The translations under genes were made by a program, and so were the position numbers. Shown here piece by piece: positions 58,209 to 64,000 of a stretch of DNA of 64,000 nucleotides. The number at the start of each line of letters is the position of its first letter. Position 1 is the stretch's first letter. Source of the DNA: Octopus vulgaris. Taxonomy: Eukaryota. The notes under the pieces are model-generated. The model saw only the letters and a list, made by a program, of their open reading frames with translations. It was not told where the DNA came from and made no database searches. The stretch spans positions 8,804,001 to 8,868,000 of the forward strand of contig OX597837.1 of NCBI GenBank assembly GCA_951406725.2. The letters run 5' to 3'.

Positions 58209-59281
58209 TCATGTATAGATATGTGTGTGTAAATTTATACATATATATGTAAACATAGATGAGTGTGTGTGTTTATGTGTGTGTGTTCAAAAACTGAGAG
58301 AAAAAATGTAAAAATATAAGTATAAAAAATATAAGAAACACAAATGAATAAAAAAACTTCTAAAAATATGTGATGAAAAATAAAAAAAAAAGATAAAGTT
58401 ACAGAGAAGATTAAAAAATTATGTAAAAAAATGCGAAATGGAAATGTGAAAGATAAAATGAAGAAATGAAGGTATAGCACACACAAACATGCACATACAC
58501 ACACAAACATACACATACACACACAAACATACACATACATATACACACACAAAAGAAAAAAGTAAGATGTGAACAATAATAGACGAGTAATGGACGAGAA
58601 CTACAAAACCAAAGCAAGAAAAAATTAAGCTCACAGAACAGGGTACAATAGATAATAGATGAGAGAAAATAGATCGAAAGAAATCCAAGATAGAAAAGAA
58701 AATACTTTCAAGAGTTTCCTGTCGAGAAAGGTTTTGAAAATTCTTCTCAGTTTTGTCGTTTAATTTAGATGGAGGGGAAGAATCGAAAGACGTAATATGG
58801 CGGTTTTAATAAGTTAGTCTAACGAGATAGACGTCATAGCTCCTACGTTTGCTTTAACATGTCCGCTTCCCATTCGGCTAAAACAGAACATGCTTTTGTT
58901 CAGCTGAAATCGAACTCGTTCCTCAGTGTTTGTATTCTAGAAAGTGAGATATGAGCCAGAGTGTGGTTTAAAGAAAGACATCTCAACGAACGTTCTTCTA
59001 AAATAAGTCACCTTGTTAAACAGTCGCAGAAGTGCATCTCTCAAGGAACCGTTCTTCCATTGATCTTTTATCCTTCGTCCTTTATTTCTTTTCAGTTTAT
59101 TGAGTGCGGCAATGCTGGGGCACCGCTTTCAGCAGTTTTACTCAAATAGATCGACTGTAGTACTTTCTATTTCTAAAGCCTAGTACTTATTCTATCAGTG
59201 TCATTTCCCGACTGCCAAGTTACAGGAACGTAACGTTTGTCAAGTAGTAACTAGACAAGAAACACATGCACAAAGATGCCA

Positions 59282-59312
<31 letters not shown>

Positions 59313-59438
59313 CATACATACATACATACATACATACATACATACATACATACATACATACATGTGCATGAGCGTGTGGCTGTGGGTGTGCATATATATA
59401 TAATGGGGTTTGTAAAAAAACAGACATAAAAAACAGAC

Positions 59439-59520
59439 AGAGTTGAAATTCCTTTGAATAATATACATCCCTCTATTCACAAATAGAGGGATATATATTA
59501 TTCAAAGGAATTTCAATTCT
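59439..59520. repeat. Inverted repeat, 39-bp arms and 4-nt loop
   Basis: 59439-59477 vs 59482-59520, 37/39 complementary. Confidence 0.9.
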
Positions 59521-59797
59521 GATATCAATTGCTAGTAATGACAGCTAAATCTGTTTTGGATCATACAATTTAAAAAAATTCATGGCAGAATGAACTGAAT
59601 AAAGATTTCAAATAATAAGGGTTTCAAATTTTGGCATAAGGCAGGTAATCTTACGGAGAGTGGAGTAAGTCGATTTAGGTTGATTGGTATTTTGTCTTTA
59701 TTTCGAAGAGATTGAATGGTGAAAATGTAAGACAAAGTTTTCTTAGTTTTGTACCTAACACGAACACAACACGGTACATACAAAAGGGAATGTGCAA

Positions 59798-59850
<53 letters not shown>

Positions 59851-59904
59851 TTTATTATATATATATATATACTTTATTTAAAGCAGCAGAAAATTCAACA
59901 AAAC

Positions 59905-59942
59905 CTGTTACTCTGAGTTTCACGTTGCCATTCGTCGGACAG
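59905..59942 (-). ncRNA. Minimal type-I hammerhead ribozyme motif (inverted twin)
   Basis: Reverse complement CUGU CCGACGA AUG-GCAA-CGU GAA ACUC-A-GAGU A ACAG. Confidence 0.7.
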
Positions 59943-59955
59943 ATTGTAGCAAAAA

Positions 59956-59993
59956 CTGTCCGACGAACGGCAACGTGAAACTCAGGGTAACAG
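59956..59993 (+). ncRNA. Minimal type-I hammerhead ribozyme motif (U4C core variant)
   Basis: CUGU | CCGACGA | ACG-GCAA-CGU | GAA | ACUC-A-GGGU | A | ACAG: stem I CUGU/ACAG, stem II with a GNRA loop, near-palindromic stem III, GUA cleavage triplet. Activity untested. Confidence 0.7.
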
Positions 59994-60080
59994 GTTTTGT
60001 TGAATTTTCTGCTGCTTATTACTCTATCACTGGTATTTGAGTACTTTTTTTTCCACCTTGTTTCACATTTATGTGTTTAC

Positions 60081-60134
<54 letters not shown>

Positions 60135-60199
60135 GAGGGCAATGATCAATGCAAAATATGCTATGGAGCTATGAATTTAAATCTGATGTTTTCAGTACT

Positions 60200-61460
60200 A
60201 AAATAGCTGAAATGTGGAGTTTAGCGAAGAACCGAATGAACCGTCTAAAACAGGTGTCGGCGAATCGGGGTAAATTGCCCCAAGTTGTGTCTGAAAATGA
60301 AATTCATGAGGCGTAATGAAGACAAGTAAAATTATACAAAAACAAAACGTGTTCGTATTTACGACAGAAATTTCCTTTCTGGCAACACTGTATCTGTCCA
60401 ATGTAATGGACGCGGAAATAGATTCATATAAATCGATTTGATAAAATAGATTCATTAAACCCTTTGAATTCAAAGAATTTATGATTTTCTTCCTTTCAAA
60501 CCAAGGGGTTAACTACGGTGTAAATAAATTTATTTTGGAGTAATTGGTTAGCAAAGTTCCCCGATCCGTGGTTTAAAAACTAAATCAATCATAAGACCGT
60601 AATTAATGCTTGAGGTTGCTTAACAAGCACTGGACTTGGGAATTTAGTAAAAGCGGACGGAATAATGAAAGTTAAGTATTCATTACCAGATACTGACGTA
60701 CCATACGCGGTTAACTGGTACGACATTTCATTGGGGATATCTCTTTGCTCTTCAGCCAAAAATCTGTCCTAAACACATTGATTGAGAAATTAAAACGGTC
60801 TGGGAAGAGAATCAGCTAATGGTGAACTGCAATAAATTCTGAGACATGAACATTAGCAAGACTTACTAAGACCATTTAAACAACTGGAAACAACAAAGAA
60901 GAATTTAAATTAAATGAAAATTCATGGAAAGTCCTTCAAGGGTTCTGAATGTCCTTTCACATACAATCTGATACAAACAGATTTCTATTACCAAATTACA
61001 GCTTAGCATTCGAAATAAAACTGAATCTACTTTATAACCCGGGGCCGGTTATACTGATTATTAGTTATAAAATTAATTTAGAACCAGATATTCGTATAAG
61101 TATGTAGCTCTGAAATGATCTAAATCATCTTATCATCTTTTAATTAACCTTTTGCTTCTTTTGAAGCAGCATTAGAGAAATTATCAAACATGTCTATGAT
61201 ATTAGCTCAGCAATGTAAGTTCAATGCACAATTAGCCGATTTAGAGTCTTTGAGCGTCATTTGGCAAAAGTAATAGAACGCCAACCTTCAATTCGATCTC
61301 TTTTTAGATTTCCGATATCATTACTGACTCTGTATTCTGAGGTGACATATCGGAATAGATACGTAATCAACCTACAAATATTTAATGGTTTTTGGTGTTA
61401 ATGGTTTCAGTGTTGGAATGCAGCCAAATTAGGAAATATTTCTGAAAGGGTTTTAGTCGA
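60200..61460 (+). pseudogene. Possible decayed hAT transposase
   Basis: Scattered motifs in the expected order: DTDVPYAVNW (D..TRW-like), LNENSWKVLQ..F..QSD, AALEKL, FW, and TCTGAAAGGGTTTTAGT (about SERVFS after a 1-nt indel, 61441-61457). Confidence 0.35.
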
Positions 61461-61849
61461 TTATACACAGAGACACACATTTATAAAACAAAACAAAAGA
61501 AAAACAAAAACAAAGAAAGAATTAATTGGAATAGTTGATGAGTTTGGTTTACAAATTACCATTAGCAATAAGTTACCAATGGTCATCTCCCTATATGTAG
61601 CAGTAGGTTTAAACACAGGCGAACAAATTGCTACATATATCGAAACGATAATACGATATATATTCGCGTGCATTTCCAAAAATCCCACAGCTATAATTAT
61701 GAAGGCAGAATAACTATGTGAGACTATGATATAACGACGGAAAAGAGATATATCTGAAAGGACTGATTCTAGTTATAAGAATGTAATAGTTAGAAGCTTC
61801 TGCAGTGAGAAGCTAGTCTACAGGGAGAACTGTTAATTCACGACATATC

Positions 61850-62360
61850 AGAGTAGAAACTTATGGTTCGCTTCCGAGCAGCGGCTTAGGAAGAAGAGAT
61901 TAGGATGAATATAATAAAGGCAAAGACTGATAAAACTCGGTAATAGAGCAAACGCAGAACCCGTGGGAAAGGAAATGAAAGTATTAACCTTCTCTTGAGT
62001 GAATGCAGTAAGCAAGCGAGTAAAGGTTGTAAGAGCAAGCATGAGTATACTGGTAAAAAAACAGGGCATTGGAATGTTTGCGTGTGGTTTCAAGGAGACA
62101 GAAAATTAGTTTCAAGGATACAGATAAGTAGTAGCGGTTGTGGCAGAAAATAACGGTAGAATTTTATAGGATATCCTCAGAAAAGCTGATCATCTTATTG
62201 AAGCAGGAAAACCTGATTTGATTATAGAGGACCTCCACCGGCAAATATACCAGTGGGCAATCATAGACTTTGCAGTGCTATGCGATAATAAATTGAATAG
62301 GCAAAAATTTGAAAAAATGGAGAAAAATCAGGACCTAGACAAAGGGATGGAGAAATAGAA
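61850..62360 (+). pseudogene. Decayed R4/Dong-clade non-LTR element: CCHC region plus restriction-like endonuclease
   Basis: AA*EEEIRMNIIKAKTDK...NESINLLLSECSKQA...KH...HW; ENNGRIL*DILRKADHLIEAGKPDLII...IIDFAVLCD....[11 protein letters not shown]. This matches the R4/Dong pattern AAQEQA.RTN..KAKIDK, E.I.H..SECSKLA, KILWD..IQTD..I.A.RPD, IID.AVP.D, EK.EKYQDL. Confidence 0.85.
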
Positions 62361-62365
62361 GATGA

Positions 62366-62533
62366 CTTCCTTGTTTCTCTCCTTGTTTTTTTCTGTGTAT
62401 CTTTCTGTTGAAGAGCGTAGGCTTGAAACGTAAAAGACTTGTTTTATTTCTATTCCTGAGCGCCATACTAATACAACTGTTTGTTTGTACTCCACCTGCC
62501 TTCGTCTTTTGTTTATTTTCGTAAACCTTCCCG
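62366..62533 (+). mobile_element. Hammerhead-motif short element, family A
   Basis: TCTTT-CTGTTGA-A-GAGC-GTAG-GCTT-GAAACGTA-AAAGA at 62400-62437, followed by (TA)n and (GATA)n. Confidence 0.65.
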
Positions 62534-62561
62534 TGATATATATATATATATATATATATAT

Positions 62562-62582
62562 CGATAGATAGATAGATAGATG

Positions 62583-62625
<43 letters not shown>

Positions 62626-62641
62626 GGATAGATAGATAGAT

Positions 62642-62689
<48 letters not shown>

Positions 62690-62729
62690 GGATTGATAGA
62701 TAGCTAGATGGATAGATAGATAGATAGAT

Positions 62730-62815
<86 letters not shown>
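62562..62815. repeat. (GATA)n microsatellite
   Basis: Read directly from the sequence. Confidence 0.98.
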
Positions 62816-62816
<1 letters not shown>

Positions 62817-63500
62817 AATAGGGTGTAAGAACGTTAGAAGAGATTAAGATAAAATAAGAGACAAGAAAGACAACGAAATATAGAACAGAGATAAGTGAAG
62901 GAGAAAATCGGAGGCAAAGAGAAAGAGAGTAAGAAAGAAAGATACGAAGAAAGATAGATAGAAACAAAAGGATGAGAGCAAGAAAGACGGAAAGAAAAAC
63001 ATTAAATAGTGTTTAATCATATTAATCTGGCTATCTGTGGTTTTCACTGCAACGGTGTCGACCTCTTTTGCTGCTTGGATAATGACACGATGTTACTTAA
63101 TGGAATTCAATACCACGTAGTGCTTTGTCCTCTAATGCAATATTGTGTAATATAATGCAATCGAAAGCAGTGAACACATTGTTAAGTGTTACGTAAACCG
63201 GATATAATTGGGTTTCTTGTTTCGTGTTTTATGTTAAGCGAAAATATGATGAGATAATGTATTAAGCGAAAAGGAATCGGGGTGAGTGCGCTGTACTTGT
63301 TGTGGAAGTGTCTCGGTAAATATAGTATAATGCGTAGAAACGGTGTGTGTGTGTGTGTTCGTTGAGGTATTCAGGAATATTCTTGCATAAACAGACACAC
63401 ATATGCAACCCCTTTAATATATGTACATATGTATTTATATATATATATATATATATATATTTATTTATTTATATATATACATAGATAGATAGTTATAGAA

Positions 63501-63582
<82 letters not shown>

Positions 63583-63635
63583 TAGATAGATAGATAGATA
63601 GATATAGATATAGATATAGATAGATAGTTATAGAA

Positions 63636-63678
<43 letters not shown>

Positions 63679-64000
63679 TGTATCTATATATGTAAATATA
63701 TATATGTAAATTTATCTATACATATATACATGTATATCCGTATCTTTATGCATCATATGTATGGTAAATAATATATATATATATATATACACACGCACAC
63801 TCACACACATATATATATATATGTATGTATGTATGTATATAGTTACATATAGATGCAAACATGATTATATTATATATATATATACATACAATAATGCACC
63901 ACACAGGCATATACACACGCACACATGTGTTCGTATTTAAAGACATGATTAAGTTCGTGTTTGATCTCCTGTAAGGATTTTTCCTATTTCTTTATCAGCC

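Larger units (their letters stand above)
59881..60082 (+). mobile_element. Penelope-derived terminal fragment with inverted duplication, inside a TA array
   Basis: 62-bp inverted arms (59881-59942 and 59956-60017, 60/62 complementary) containing the hammerhead motifs, a ~65-bp tail, and TA runs on both sides. Confidence 0.65.

Overview
This is AT-rich, microsatellite-saturated, non-coding (intronic or intergenic) animal DNA. The SINE families suggest a coleoid cephalopod, probably Octopus (inference). I could not support any host protein-coding gene, and almost all ORFs in the track are microsatellite translation artefacts. The one long genuine reading frame is a young, 5'-truncated Tx1/L1-clade LINE ORF2 (about 7040-9616) sitting in a (TATC)n array. 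It has an unusually long (~100 bp) target duplication, and a second, older 3' end of the same family lies in the same array. The remainder is a graveyard of SINEs (at least 4 tRNA-headed families), decayed RTE, R4/Dong, Penelope, and possible hAT and mariner fragments, one Merlin-like MITE and one Helitron. Best leads: (1) short ~200-bp TA-associated elements carrying minimal hammerhead-ribozyme motifs with variant cores, including an inverted pair at 59881-60017; (2) a SINE subfamily whose 3' tail matches the Tx1 LINE 3' end; (3) apparent partitioning of microsatellite targets among retroelement classes (Tx1 in TATC, Dong in TAA, Penelope-derived units in TA). All alignments and translations were done by eye, and boundaries are approximate.
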